DNA from: an uncultured Desulfurococcales archaeon
Lineage (GTDB): Archaea > Thermoproteota > Thermoprotei_A > Sulfolobales > CAZCAU01
Direction: 5' to 3'
Length of the DNA stretch: 55,486 bases
NCBI GenBank assembly: GCA_964496855.1
Contig: CAZCAU010000003.1
Coordinates: 1 to 55,486, forward strand
The notes beneath the pieces were generated by a model, which was given only the letters and a program-made list of their open reading frames with translations, did not search any database and was not told the DNA's origin. Positions 9,829 to 20,304 of this stretch are shown piece after piece. The position numbers were made by a program, and so were the translations under genes. Positions within the stretch are counted from its first letter, which is position 1. Each line of letters opens with the position of its first letter.

Positions 9829-11073
9829 ATGATCAAAGAACTTCAAAGACCCTCAGATGTAGTTAAAAAATTATTAAAGTATACTAGGCTCAAAATAGCG
9901 GAGGAAAACATTGACATCACGCTTGCTCTCAACAGAATCTCTAGTAAGGACGTTCTCGCTGAGAGAGATATACCAGAAAGCAACAAGAGCGTTTTAGACG
10001 GGTACGCGACATATTATAAGAGTATCATAGGAGCAACATCTTCCTCTCCTGTAAAGCTAAGGGTTACTGGCAAAGCCAGAGTTGATGAGAAAGTAAAAGT
10101 GCTCATAAATCCCGGGGAGGCAATAGAAGTCGCCACTGGCACCATGCTTCCAGAGCAACTAGATGTTGTTGTGCCCTTAGAGTACACTATGAGGGAAGGA
10201 GACATAATTTACGTTATGAGATCCCTGCCTAAATACTATGGTATATCTATTAAGGGAGAGGATATTAAGAAAGGGGAAAAGATCCTTGAGAAAGGGGAAA
10301 TAATAAGACCCTGGCACGTAGGATTGTTAGCCGCCCAAGGCTTTAGAGAAGTAAAGGTTTATAAAAGACTAAGAGCCGCGATCTTTGATACTGGCAATGA
10401 GCTAGTAGAGCCTGGGCAAAGTCTTCCCGAAGGGAAAATATATGATTCTACACGTTACATTGTTAGGTCCTATCTCGAAGACCTAGGTCTAGAAGTGATC
10501 GATTACGGTATTGTAGGAGACGACGAGTATAAGATAAAATCAATGTTTGAGAAAGCACTAGCAGAAGCAGACATAGTATTCAGTATTGGGGGCACATCTG
10601 TAGGCAAAAGAGATTACACGGTAAGAGTGCTTAGCGGGCTACAGGGACTAGAGTACTTTGTGCACGGATTATCACTGACTCCGGGGCGGCCAGCAGCTGT
10701 GGCTGTTGTGAGCGGGAAACCCGTATTTGCTTTAAGTGGCATGCCTGTTGCCGCATTAAGTGAGTTACATATACTGTTTAGAGATTTTCTCGTAAAGATG
10801 CTAGGCATAAAGGGTATTGTTGTACCGAAGGTAAAAGCGCAGTTAACGCGTCGTGTAGTCTCAGAGCCTGGCATGTTGAGCGTCTTTAGAGTAAAGGTGT
10901 GCCGAGACAGGAATGGTGCATACTATGCTGAACCTTTAAGACTGACTGGGAGCGGTTTATTGTCGACACTAATTAGAGGGAATGGTTTACTAATTGTAGG
11001 AGAAGATGTCACAGGTATCGAAGAAGGAGAACTCATTGAAGTCGAAATAATAGGTGAAATAAAAGAGTGTTAG
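9829..11073 (+). CDS. moeA: molybdopterin molybdotransferase MoeA
   Basis: SVLDGYA, VATGTMLP, TGNEL, GGTSVGKRDY and PGRP motifs. Confidence 0.92.
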   Translation: MIKELQRPSDVVKKLLKYTRLKIAEENIDITLALNRISSKDVLAERDIPESNKSVLDGYATYYKSIIGATSSSPVKLRVTGKARVDEKVKVLINPGEAIEVATGTMLPEQLDVVVPLEYTMREGDIIYVMRSLPKYYGISIKGEDIKKGEKILEKGEIIRPWHVGLLAAQGFREVKVYKRLRAAIFDTGNELVEPGQSLPEGKIYDSTRYIVRSYLEDLGLEVIDYGIVGDDEYKIKSMFEKALAEADIVFSIGGTSVGKRDYTVRVLSGLQGLEYFVHGLSLTPGRPAAVAVVSGKPVFALSGMPVAALSELHILFRDFLVKMLGIKGIVVPKVKAQLTRRVVSEPGMLSVFRVKVCRDRNGAYYAEPLRLTGSGLLSTLIRGNGLLIVGEDVTGIEEGELIEVEIIGEIKEC

Positions 11074-11876
11074 CTGAGTGCACAATAGGGGGTATTAAGG
11101 ACTTTTTTATGTCTAGCAGATTCCCGTCGCTTCATTATTTCTCTAACTTTTTCAACAGGGATATTTGTTAGACGGGATATCGTGTTTGGATCTTCAATCT
11201 TTCTCTCAACAATGTAGTAGAGTATTTTATCGATATCGTAATAATCCATTCCTAACTCGTCTACCGCTCTGTGTCCAGGCCATAGCCCTGGCGTGCTAGG
11301 CTTTAAGGCTATGTCCTCCGGTAAGCCTAGATGTAGTGCTAGCATCCTAACCTGTGTTTTAAATAACCCAAGAATAGGTTGTAGATCAGCTGCTGCATCA
11401 CCCCACTTAGTGAAATAGCCGAGTTCATATTCGCTCTTATCGCTTGCCCCGATTACGAGCAGAGAGTATTTGTTAGCATGATAGTAGAGGTTAATCATCC
11501 TAATTCTAGCTTTTACGTTACCCTTAACAATCTTATCCTCCTCTTCATAACTAGAGCCATTATCCTTAAGCACTTGCTCTACCTGGCTAGTTATGTCAAT
11601 TAGTGTTTTCCTCACATTGAACATTGACGCTATCCTCATAGCATCTTCTAGATCCCTCTGGCTAGTCTCTTTATCAGGCATTAGCAATACCCTTACACGA
11701 TCACTACCTAGAGCTTTCACACATAGTGCAAGCACTGTTGAGGAATCGACACCACCACTTAGACCCAGAACTACCCCCTTCGCACCCGTCGAGTCTACAT
11801 ATTCTTTTATACATCTTACAATTTTCTCTTCTACTAACTCTGTATTTATTTTCAAGAAAGATGGTACTGATAGCAC
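11070..11876 (-). CDS. nadE: NH3-dependent NAD+ synthetase
   Basis: LGLSGGVDS, GNVKARIRM and GYFTKWGD motifs. Confidence 0.95.
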   Translation of the reverse strand: MLSVPSFLKINTELVEEKIVRCIKEYVDSTGAKGVVLGLSGGVDSSTVLALCVKALGSDRVRVLLMPDKETSQRDLEDAMRIASMFNVRKTLIDITSQVEQVLKDNGSSYEEEDKIVKGNVKARIRMINLYYHANKYSLLVIGASDKSEYELGYFTKWGDAAADLQPILGLFKTQVRMLALHLGLPEDIALKPSTPGLWPGHRAVDELGMDYYDIDKILYYIVERKIEDPNTISRLTNIPVEKVREIMKRRESARHKKVLNTPYCALS

Positions 11877-11992
11877 GAAGCGTAGCGCCCAGTATTTCTT
11901 GAATATATGTACTTAGTTATTTTTCTTTTCTACAGTATAAGGGAAGTATTATTTTTTCCTAGAAGCCGTTTTAGAATACGGAAGGGAGAGTA

Positions 11993-13774
11993 ATGCCGCG
12001 CAAAGTATTCAAGACGCTTATAGCGCCTCAGAATGCGATACGCGATCTCTCAAGAAGAGTGCAGGTACCAGATAAATTGGAAGCGGTAAGAATGTCCCTA
12101 GTAGATGCACTGGGGTTCTACTCCGCCTCTGAATACCGTAGCGGAATACCTGTACCGCTTTTCCCGAGATCACTGGTAGACGGTTTTGCTGTGCGTAATG
12201 TAGATATTAGTGAGGCTAGCGAGGAGAAGCCTGTTAGGCTGAGAATAAAGGGTAGGATAAAGGTGGGCGAGAACGCACTAAACTATAGCGAAATCGGGGA
12301 GGATGAAGCATACGAGGTCGATACAGGTGCGATGATTCCACCAGGAGCTGATACAGTAGTGCCTGTAGAGTATACTAAAGAGGAGCAAGATCATGTGCTA
12401 GTGTATAAAGGAGTAAGTCTAGGAGCAAACATCGCTTTACCTGGAAGCGATGTAGATGACCGCACATTAATTTTGAGAAAAGGAGAATACATTAGATCAC
12501 AACACATAGCATCACTCGCAGCAGTAGGCATAGATACTATACTTGTATACAAAAAACTAAGAGTAGGTATTATAAGCACAGGCTCGGAACTGGTTAAGCC
12601 TGGAGAAGCTCTTCCTATGGGAAAAGTCTATGATGTAAATACTTACATGTTAATATCGCTACTTAAGGAACACGGGTTGCAGCCTTGTAAGTGGAGTGTA
12701 GTTCCAGACGAATATAATCTACTGAGAGAAGTTATTGACGAGTATATAAAAGAATGCGATATTGTCGTAACATCTGGTGGTAGTAGTGCAGGGCCTGAGG
12801 ATCTAATATACAGGGTTGCTGAAGACCTGGGCGAAATAATTGCTCATGGTTTACAGTTAAAACCTGGAAAACCAACAATGCTTGCTGTTATCAGAGGCAA
12901 AGCCCTCTTCGGGTTTCCCGGTAACCCTCAATCATCACTTAACGTCTTTCGAAACGTGTTTCTCCCATACCTAGAATTAAAGTATGGTATATTCCCTCCT
13001 AGGATAATCATTGATTCCGAAGCACATATCCTCCTAGGGGTTGGAGGAGAGCGGGGAAGACCTTCGTTTGTACCAGTCCACATATTTAAGGTGGCGGGAA
13101 AGAACCAGCTTTATGCCGTGCCTATAGCGACTGAAAGCTATAAAATCGTTAGCTTTCTTAAAAGCAACGGATTCATCATAATACCTAGTAATAGGAGAAT
13201 CCCTTATAACCCGGGAGAAAAGATACCCGTAAAAATAACAAGCACTGTGAACTCCTACAAGTACATTATAGGTGTATCGAAGACACTGAATAAAAGGATA
13301 ATCACGGATCTGAACGACACTTACATATTAAAAGCGAGCTCCCACGCTCTTATAACTCTGTTCAAGAAAGGCTTTGTAGACGCGACAATAGTGCCAGAAA
13401 GAGCAGGAGCTAGTAGCACAGGAGTTGGAGAAAAAATCGTTATAAAACAAGAAGAACTCTGGCTTTTCGCTCCTTATGCAGACTGCTTATCATCACTAAC
13501 TTGTAAAATAGCTATACCCCTAGATTATATTGATATACTACGCGAGAGCATCCCTCAATTTCTAGGCAATGCAGAGATATTCCCTACAGATACCGAGGAA
13601 GTCGTAGAACTTCTAGTTAAACATAAGATAGTTAATGGAGGAGTAATCAGCGGATTCTCTAAAAAACTATTAGCAAAAACAGGGGCTCACATTAAAAAGC
13701 TGGTTGACATACAGCTTGTTGGCTATGTAAGAAAGCAAGAAACCAAGCATATTATACAAAGGTTACTACGCTAA
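11993..13774 (+). CDS. moeA: molybdopterin molybdotransferase MoeA with C-terminal extension
   Basis: RSLVDGFA, VDTGAMIP, STGSEL, SGGSSAG, KPGKP and GFPGNP motifs, plus about 180 extra C-terminal residues. Confidence 0.88.
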   Translation: MPRKVFKTLIAPQNAIRDLSRRVQVPDKLEAVRMSLVDALGFYSASEYRSGIPVPLFPRSLVDGFAVRNVDISEASEEKPVRLRIKGRIKVGENALNYSEIGEDEAYEVDTGAMIPPGADTVVPVEYTKEEQDHVLVYKGVSLGANIALPGSDVDDRTLILRKGEYIRSQHIASLAAVGIDTILVYKKLRVGIISTGSELVKPGEALPMGKVYDVNTYMLISLLKEHGLQPCKWSVVPDEYNLLREVIDEYIKECDIVVTSGGSSAGPEDLIYRVAEDLGEIIAHGLQLKPGKPTMLAVIRGKALFGFPGNPQSSLNVFRNVFLPYLELKYGIFPPRIIIDSEAHILLGVGGERGRPSFVPVHIFKVAGKNQLYAVPIATESYKIVSFLKSNGFIIIPSNRRIPYNPGEKIPVKITSTVNSYKYIIGVSKTLNKRIITDLNDTYILKASSHALITLFKKGFVDATIVPERAGASSTGVGEKIVIKQEELWLFAPYADCLSSLTCKIAIPLDYIDILRESIPQFLGNAEIFPTDTEEVVELLVKHKIVNGGVISGFSKKLLAKTGAHIKKLVDIQLVGYVRKQETKHIIQRLLR

Positions 13775-13779
13775 TTCGG

Positions 13780-13835
13780 TCAGCTCCGGTGGAGGACTCT
13801 CATCCTAAAAGTCAAAGACGTGCAATCTTCATCAT
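13780..13835 (-). ncRNA. box C/D guide sRNA, likely targeting 23S rRNA
   Basis: Minus strand reads ATGATGA (C) - AGATTGCACGTCT - TTGA (D') - GATGAGA (C') - GTCCTCCACCGGAG - CTGA (D). Both guides are complementary to adjacent conserved LSU rRNA sequences as I recall them. Confidence 0.85.
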
Positions 13836-13942
13836 CTGATGAATCAAATAGTTTACAGGGGTTAATGATCTTTGCTACAGGATTAGATGAGTTAAGATTT
13901 TATGAATAAGGGTCGTTTTCAAAAAAATAATGATATTCGACT

Positions 13943-14128
13943 TTATGGTGCAGGATAGTCATCTGGCACCTTTGCTCTGAAGTACTTGCCTGTGTCAGGG
14001 CTCTTGAAGAGACCTATTTTTACTCCCTTTCTTCCTCGAGGGGCTAGAACCCATACTTTAACAGGTGTTAGCTCTACTTCTTTACCAGTGGTGGGGTCTT
14101 TGACTTTAACGGGCTTTAGGCCTGCCAT
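13943..14128 (-). CDS. creN7: chromatin protein Cren7
   Basis: [45 protein letters not shown] signature. ATG at 14128 follows a GGGGTG RBS. Confidence 0.97.
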   Translation of the reverse strand: MAGLKPVKVKDPTTGKEVELTPVKVWVLAPRGRKGVKIGLFKSPDTGKYFRAKVPDDYPAP

Positions 14129-14387
14129 GGTATAACGCACCCCTAGCTCTTCATGATAATAGTAATGATTATGCGTGATTATAAAGTCTTTTGTTAATCC
14201 TTTAGATGCTTTGTCATCAAAAGACGATGTAATATTAAAGGTATTATTAAAGGACTCTAAAAGAATTTATAGAAGTTCTTCAAATAACCCACTGTAAACT
14301 CACAATACAATAAATAACCTGAGATCTTAGTGCAATAATCAATGTTTAAGAGCACGTATTTAAGATACAACTATTTAGGAGATTTAA

Positions 14388-15332
14388 ATGCGCAAATACG
14401 TGACTATAGTTGGTGCCGGCGCTATAGGCACAATAATAGCTTCTCATATAGCTAGTGTTAGGCCTGTAACTATACTTTGTAGAACAAGTACTTGTGTATC
14501 AGAAATAAAAGAAAGAGGCCTAGTTACAAGGATTCTTGATAAAGATGTAATAGAAGTAAAACCTGTAGATGTGATTACAAGTAACGAATGCTATTCTAGA
14601 TGCATAGATGATTGTGGCTTTGTCATAATAGCTACGAAAGCATACTCTCTCGGTAGTGCGCTTAGAGCCATAAATAACTGTTGTAGAAGAATGACAATGA
14701 TACTATCTACACAGAACGGTCTAGGTTCTCTCGAGACAATAGAATACTTATACGGAGCTGAGAATTCTGCTGCGATGATTATTTCGTATGGTGCCATTAG
14801 AGAAGGTTATGGAAAAGCTGTACTAACAGGTCAGGGCGAGATAATATTAGGACAACGTGAAGGATTAAAGAATCCAAGCCTAGGAGAGTTTTATGATTTA
14901 CTGAAAGATAGCGGCTTAGAAGCTAAGCTCATTGATAGCGACATTGAACCGTACAGATGGCTAAAATTGGCTATAAATGCAGCCATAAACCCCCTCACGA
15001 CAATACTAAACGCGCCTAACAGAATAATAATAGACGATATAGATGCTAGAAACATAGCGTTTAAGATTGTTAAGGAAGTAGAACTGGTTGCTAGGGAGAA
15101 GAACATAGTATTCCCGCAAGATCCTGCCACCAAACTTGTAGAGGTAGCACGCGCAACAGGGGAAAACTTGTCTTCGATGTTGCAAGATGTTATTAATAAG
15201 AGAAAAACAGAAATTGATTTTATTAATGGCGCTGTTGTTGTTCTGGGTAAAAAATATCATATTGAGACTCCGTACAATAAATTGTTATGGAAATTAGTAA
15301 AGGTGCTCGAGAAGTGGTGGCTGAGGATATGA
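14388..15332 (+). CDS. panE: 2-dehydropantoate 2-reductase
   Basis: GAGAIG, ATKAY, QNGLG, WLKLAINAAINP, SSMLQD and TEIDFING motifs. Confidence 0.93.
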   Translation: MRKYVTIVGAGAIGTIIASHIASVRPVTILCRTSTCVSEIKERGLVTRILDKDVIEVKPVDVITSNECYSRCIDDCGFVIIATKAYSLGSALRAINNCCRRMTMILSTQNGLGSLETIEYLYGAENSAAMIISYGAIREGYGKAVLTGQGEIILGQREGLKNPSLGEFYDLLKDSGLEAKLIDSDIEPYRWLKLAINAAINPLTTILNAPNRIIIDDIDARNIAFKIVKEVELVAREKNIVFPQDPATKLVEVARATGENLSSMLQDVINKRKTEIDFINGAVVVLGKKYHIETPYNKLLWKLVKVLEKWWLRI

Positions 15333-16174
15333 AGCTTACTGTACGGGATATTATGAAATTAAAGAGTAGGAGAAAAATCACCATGATAGCTGTCTATGAC
15401 TACTTTATAGCTAGTATAGCGGATAATGCAGGCATCGATATACTTTTAGTTGGAGACTCTGTAGCAATGAACCTTTACGGTATGGAAAATACTCTTAATG
15501 TACCCGTCTCTATAATAGAGAATCATGTACAAGCAGTAGCTAAAGCCGCTAAACGTTCCCTCGTTGTAGGTGATATGCCTTTTATGAGTTACGAAACCGG
15601 TGTTGAAGATGCTCTGAGAAATGCTGCTAGACTAGTGAGGGCGGGAGCTGATGCTGTAAAAATAGAGGGTGTATCAGCATTTGAAAAACAAATAAGGAAA
15701 CTCATAGATAGTGGAATCCCAGTTATGACACATGTAGGGTTAACACCACAACGTTATAGGCTTCTTGGAGGCTACAGACCCCAGGGCAAGAAAGCTGAAG
15801 ACGCAGCAAAAATAATAAGAGAAGCAGAACTAGCAGATTCCCTAGGTTCTTTTTCCATAGTTATAGAATTCACGGCTGCAGAGGTAGCAGCGGAGATAAC
15901 GGATAGGATAAGTATACCAACTATATGTATAGGAAGCGGTCCTTACTGTGATGGACAAGTACTGGTAATAACTGATCTTCTCGGGATAACACCCCAGCCA
16001 CCGTTTTTCGCAAAGAACTATGCTAATCTATCATCAATAATCGAGAAGGCCCTTAATGAATATAAAAACGATGTAATAGAGGGTAAGTTTCCCGCCGAAC
16101 AACATTATTTCAAGATGAAAGAGAATGAATATGATAAATTGAAGATACTACTGCAGAAGGAGAGACAAGACTAG
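15329..16174 (+). CDS. panB: 3-methyl-2-oxobutanoate hydroxymethyltransferase
   Basis: LLVGDSV, GDMPFMSY, VKIEG, HVGLTPQ and IGSGPYCDGQVLV motifs. ATGA overlap with the panE stop. Confidence 0.95.
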   Translation: MKLTVRDIMKLKSRRKITMIAVYDYFIASIADNAGIDILLVGDSVAMNLYGMENTLNVPVSIIENHVQAVAKAAKRSLVVGDMPFMSYETGVEDALRNAARLVRAGADAVKIEGVSAFEKQIRKLIDSGIPVMTHVGLTPQRYRLLGGYRPQGKKAEDAAKIIREAELADSLGSFSIVIEFTAAEVAAEITDRISIPTICIGSGPYCDGQVLVITDLLGITPQPPFFAKNYANLSSIIEKALNEYKNDVIEGKFPAEQHYFKMKENEYDKLKILLQKERQD

Positions 16175-16208
16175 TTTATTGACTACTAAGATTTTAGAGA
16201 AAAGGACG

Positions 16209-16287
16209 TGGTGCGGCGGCCGGGATTTGAACCCGGGATCACCGGCTTGGAAGGCCGGCGTCCTAGTCCAGGCTAGACGACCGCCGC
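16209..16287 (-). tRNA. tRNA-Gly(TCC), intronless, CCA encoded
   Basis: Acceptor stem GCGGCGG/CCGCCGC, anticodon arm CCGGC-CTTCCAA-GCCGG, T arm CCGGG-TTCAAAT-CCCGG, ACCA end. Confidence 0.97.
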
Positions 16288-16318
16288 AACCAATAATACT
16301 GAAACTCTACGTGCTATT

Positions 16319-16963
16319 TTAATTTTTAACTACTACCCTTGACTTAGATATCTCTCTAAGGTATCTTTCATAATCTTTTTTCTTTATTCTTACTATTTTT
16401 CCGCAATTACTGCACCTGTATATGACACGATTATCATCCTCGCCAGTTTTATCTTCTTCTCGTAGAGGTCGCCCGCAGTAGCATACAAACCCCTTTAATC
16501 TAGCAGGGTTACCGTATACCAAGCCGAAATCTGGTACATCTTTAGTAACTACTGCTCCTGCGCCTATCATTGCATAGCTACCTATGGTGACGCCGCATAC
16601 AATAGTGGCATTTGCACCTATGCTTGCACCTCTTTTCACTAGTGTAGGCACTATTTTCCAGTCTTTAACAAAAGACCTAGGGAAGAGGTCGTTGGTGAAT
16701 GTTGCGTGGGGGCCTACGAATACATCGTCTTCTAAAGTTACCCCCCTATATACTGATACAAAGTTTTGTATCTTCACATTATTACCTATGACAACATTGC
16801 TATCTATGTAGACTCCCTTCCCAATATTGCAATTTCTTCCTATTCGAGCACCTTTCCTGATGTGTACAAAGTGCCAGATACGTGTACCTTCGCCTATTAC
16901 GACATCATCTTCTACCACTGCTGTTGGGTGTATGAATTTTTTGCTCTTGTTCATCCTCATCAC
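16319..16963 (-). CDS. hexapeptide-repeat sugar N-acyltransferase (WbpD/WxcM-like) with C-terminal Zn ribbon
   Basis: [28 protein letters not shown] and VYGNPAR motifs; C-terminal CYCG...CSNCG. Confidence 0.85.
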   Translation of the reverse strand: MMRMNKSKKFIHPTAVVEDDVVIGEGTRIWHFVHIRKGARIGRNCNIGKGVYIDSNVVIGNNVKIQNFVSVYRGVTLEDDVFVGPHATFTNDLFPRSFVKDWKIVPTLVKRGASIGANATIVCGVTIGSYAMIGAGAVVTKDVPDFGLVYGNPARLKGFVCYCGRPLREEDKTGEDDNRVIYRCSNCGKIVRIKKKDYERYLREISKSRVVVKN

Positions 16964-16996
16964 GCGGGGTTAGACTTCTTTTATCATTCTTTATCT

Positions 16997-18109
16997 CTAT
17001 TGTGTCGTATTAGGGTATATTACTCCTAAGACGTCGGCTGAGCTAGTTCTTTTCATGAGAGAAAGCCAGGGGTTACGAGAGAATCTTATACGTGTTGTGC
17101 CATCATTTATAAGTGCTAAGCCTATGTCTTCTAATGTCTCTTCCTGTATTTCACCTATCTTTAATATTGAATATGGTTTTGTAAATACAGAAACTGCTAG
17201 ATCACGATAGTTGATTCTTGTTTTCCTTAACCGTGTCAAATAGACAAGGTCTTGAATAGCTGCCCACAGGTCGAGACCCTGCAAGCCAGCGTTATCAGTA
17301 CCTATACCTAGAACAATGTTGCTCTCTAACATGTACTTTATATCCGGTATTCTTAATCCAAACCATAGAGTATTTCTTGGACAGATTACTATGTTTATAC
17401 TGTTCTTGGCTAAAAGATCAATATCTGATCTGCTAAGATAGTTTCCGTGTACAACAAAGTCTGGTTTCAGGTACTTTACTGCTATCTCTAAATCCCCGTT
17501 AATCCTAGCTGTTAAAGTTTCTGCTACGTGTGTGACAATTATTTTGCCCCCTGGTTTCTTCTCCCTCATGTATCTCAGTAACTCTATAGAATAGGCTAAT
17601 GGTGTAGGCAAGCCAAGGCCGTCATAGAACTCATATACATTGTTAATACTCTCTTTATCGTATCCTCTGCCAAGAATTATGTGAACATAGGGTTTTCTAC
17701 AACGTGCTTTTATAAGATCTTTAGATAGTCTTTCTCTAAATTCCACAAGACCTCCATACCTATAGTGCCTCATAGAGTTACAGGCGACGCTTACTACTGA
17801 ATCAAGAATCTCTGAGTACTTACTCAAAAGCCTGTGTTTCTCGCTATCAGGCCCTCCTACCGCTTTGTCCACGTCTGCATTTATACTGTACTCTGGTATG
17901 ATATTATCAAGTACATGAACATGCATGTTCAATGGTAGAGGAACCGCAATACATTCACAATCTATAAAGTCTCCCATACACCTAGAAGCATCTTGTATAA
18001 ATATCGTATCATCAATAGTCTCTATGCACAAATCTTTTCCAATAAACTCCATGTCCCTGCCTACAAATGCCCCTCTAACCCTTATTCTATAGTGTTTCTT
18101 CATGCCCAA
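16997..18109 (-). CDS. amidohydrolase superfamily protein (deaminase-like)
   Basis: NMHVH, THVAET, VHGN, ICPRN and GIGTDN motifs. Confidence 0.8.
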   Translation of the reverse strand: MGMKKHYRIRVRGAFVGRDMEFIGKDLCIETIDDTIFIQDASRCMGDFIDCECIAVPLPLNMHVHVLDNIIPEYSINADVDKAVGGPDSEKHRLLSKYSEILDSVVSVACNSMRHYRYGGLVEFRERLSKDLIKARCRKPYVHIILGRGYDKESINNVYEFYDGLGLPTPLAYSIELLRYMREKKPGGKIIVTHVAETLTARINGDLEIAVKYLKPDFVVHGNYLSRSDIDLLAKNSINIVICPRNTLWFGLRIPDIKYMLESNIVLGIGTDNAGLQGLDLWAAIQDLVYLTRLRKTRINYRDLAVSVFTKPYSILKIGEIQEETLEDIGLALINDGTTRIRFSRNPWLSLMKRTSSADVLGVIYPNTTQ

Positions 18110-18175
18110 ACCTTATAACCAACAAACACTGATAGATGTTATCCTGATAAAATAGTATCGGAGAGGAGTGCTTAT

Positions 18176-18925
18176 ATGTCTATGCAATACCAAATGGGAT
18201 GGAAGCAAATATTACTTAGCCAAGCAATGATAATAGTCTTTGCCGTAGTAGCTGGGTTATATAGGCAATACTATATTTACGTCATACTGGCATATTTTGC
18301 TATTCTACCTATACTTATATCTAGACAAGGTAGGAAGAGAATAGGGGATACTAAGGTATCTCTAGAAGACCTAGAGGATGCTAGAAAACTTTGGGAAGAA
18401 AAAAATGCTATGGATCTCGTAGCTAAGGATACCGAGTACATGGAGGAGATTAGTAAGCAGATGAAATCCACGACATATACTATGATGTCTTTCCCAGTGA
18501 TCATCGCGTATTTCTATATATATAGATACGCTCTTTCCAGCTATGTCCGCGGTCTTGTAGAAAACCCTAGTGCTGGTGCTTTCCTGGATTTCCTGATAAT
18601 GTTTGAGGGGTCTTTCCTTATATCACAAGCATTTATGCTATACTTTAGGAGAAAAGCCGCGAAGATAACACCGGAGTTCATAATGGTTCCCAAAAGCTAT
18701 ACAGTTACAACGAAAGGTATATTCTCGAGAAGTTTTGGATCATCCTTTGCATTCACGTTTCCTCTAAAGAATATAGAAATGAACTTGAATGAAAGAAGAG
18801 GCTTTGTGGAGCTTGTGTTTAGTCAAGAAAGTAAGCCACAAGCCACAAAGACAAAAATAAGGCTTTATAGCAGGAACCCAAGGCGATTATATGAGATATT
18901 AAAGCGAAGAATGATGGAAAAATAG
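18176..18925 (+). CDS. conserved crenarchaeal membrane protein (DUF2208-like)
   Basis: Several TM segments, with a C-terminal NERRGFVEL...IRLYSRNPRRLYEIL pattern. Confidence 0.6.
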   Translation: MSMQYQMGWKQILLSQAMIIVFAVVAGLYRQYYIYVILAYFAILPILISRQGRKRIGDTKVSLEDLEDARKLWEEKNAMDLVAKDTEYMEEISKQMKSTTYTMMSFPVIIAYFYIYRYALSSYVRGLVENPSAGAFLDFLIMFEGSFLISQAFMLYFRRKAAKITPEFIMVPKSYTVTTKGIFSRSFGSSFAFTFPLKNIEMNLNERRGFVELVFSQESKPQATKTKIRLYSRNPRRLYEILKRRMMEK

Positions 18926-18928
18926 GGT

Positions 18929-20185
18929 CTATCGAGAATTCTTGCCATCTTTTAACATTGTTACAACATAATCAAGTATTCCGCGTGCTATGTACTCCTT
19001 TCTAGAATACTCTAGCTTGACTCTTCTTCCATTCCTGAAGAGCAGATGTACTTCATTAAAATCACTAGCAAATCCTATATCACTTCTTGATACATTGTTT
19101 GCAATCATAAGATCTACCTTGTATTTATTCAGCTTTGCTAGGGCTAATGATACAAGTTCTTCGTCACTACTAGGTGTTTCTGCTGTGAAACCCACTAATA
19201 CCCCCTTGAATACCTCTCTAACATCTTTTAGTATCTTTGGCGTCGATACTAGTTCTAATCGAAGATCGCGTACCTCGTGGGAATCTATTTTGCCCTTAAT
19301 CGCAGCCTTAGGCTTATAATCTATAGGCGCTGCTGCCATTATTACTGCGTCATAAGAGTTGTTACGGAGTTCTTCTAAAACAGCGTCTCTCATCTCCTCG
19401 GTAGTGGTTACGCTAATTTTTTTCCGTAGAACGTATGGTGGCTTGCTAGATAAGGGTCCATGGACTAGCATTACCTCAGCGCCTCTAAGCGCTGCTTCTA
19501 CTGCTAATGCAATACCCATCTTTCCAGTAGATGGATTCGAGATAAACCTCACGCTATCAATATACTCTCTCGTGGGCCCCGCTGTCACTAATATCTTCAT
19601 GCCTCGGAGATCCTCGCCTGAGTGAAGGACAGCTTCTGTTTTCCAAGCTATTATATCTACTGGCGGGAACTTTGCTTTACCCTCTTCTACTAGGGGGTCA
19701 AGTACAAATACGTTCTCGTACTCTTGTAATATTTTCATGCTCCTAGCCATACTAGGCGAGTTTAGGAGAGAAGCATGCATTGAGGGTACTATTAGAACTG
19801 GTTTGCTAGCACCCATAAAGGACTGAGCTAATAGTGCCACGCTTGTATCTGCTATCCCGTGGGCTATCTTAGAAATAGTGTTTCCTGTTGCCGGTGCTAT
19901 TATGAATATATCTAGCATCTCCATGTAACTGATGTGGGTGTGCAAACCTGAGAAATCAGATATTAAGGGGCTTCCGATAGCCCACTCTAGTAGATCGCGT
20001 CCTACATATCTAAGTGCTTCTGTACTAGCAATAGCGTATACTTCTGCACCACGTCTTATGAGGGCTCGTGCTAGATCTACGGCTTTATAAGCTGATACAC
20101 TACCAGTTATACCCAAACCTATCTTCTTGCCCTCAAGTACCCTGCTATATGTACTCTTGATTCCACGAACTTCGCTTGGATCCAT
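18929..20185 (-). CDS. coaBC: bifunctional phosphopantothenoylcysteine decarboxylase / phosphopantothenate--cysteine ligase
   Basis: GITGSVSAYK, APATGNTISK, VTAGPTREYIDSVRFISNPSTGKMG and ANNV motifs. Confidence 0.95.
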   Translation of the reverse strand: MDPSEVRGIKSTYSRVLEGKKIGLGITGSVSAYKAVDLARALIRRGAEVYAIASTEALRYVGRDLLEWAIGSPLISDFSGLHTHISYMEMLDIFIIAPATGNTISKIAHGIADTSVALLAQSFMGASKPVLIVPSMHASLLNSPSMARSMKILQEYENVFVLDPLVEEGKAKFPPVDIIAWKTEAVLHSGEDLRGMKILVTAGPTREYIDSVRFISNPSTGKMGIALAVEAALRGAEVMLVHGPLSSKPPYVLRKKISVTTTEEMRDAVLEELRNNSYDAVIMAAAPIDYKPKAAIKGKIDSHEVRDLRLELVSTPKILKDVREVFKGVLVGFTAETPSSDEELVSLALAKLNKYKVDLMIANNVSRSDIGFASDFNEVHLLFRNGRRVKLEYSRKEYIARGILDYVVTMLKDGKNSR

Positions 20186-20304
20186 TACGTAGGACCTCTC
20201 CGTCTATTACTTTTAAGGATTTCAAAATAATAAATAAGTAGCTTACACAAAATTAAGGTCCGGAAAATTGAAGATAAAACAGAGCTATTGAGGGGCAACT
20301 ACTA

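Noticed and set aside
16209-16287. tRNA-Gly or tRNA-iMet as integration sites of a provirus or island
   Set aside because: I saw no integrase, no duplicated tRNA 3' end (att) and no compositional shift in the flanks.
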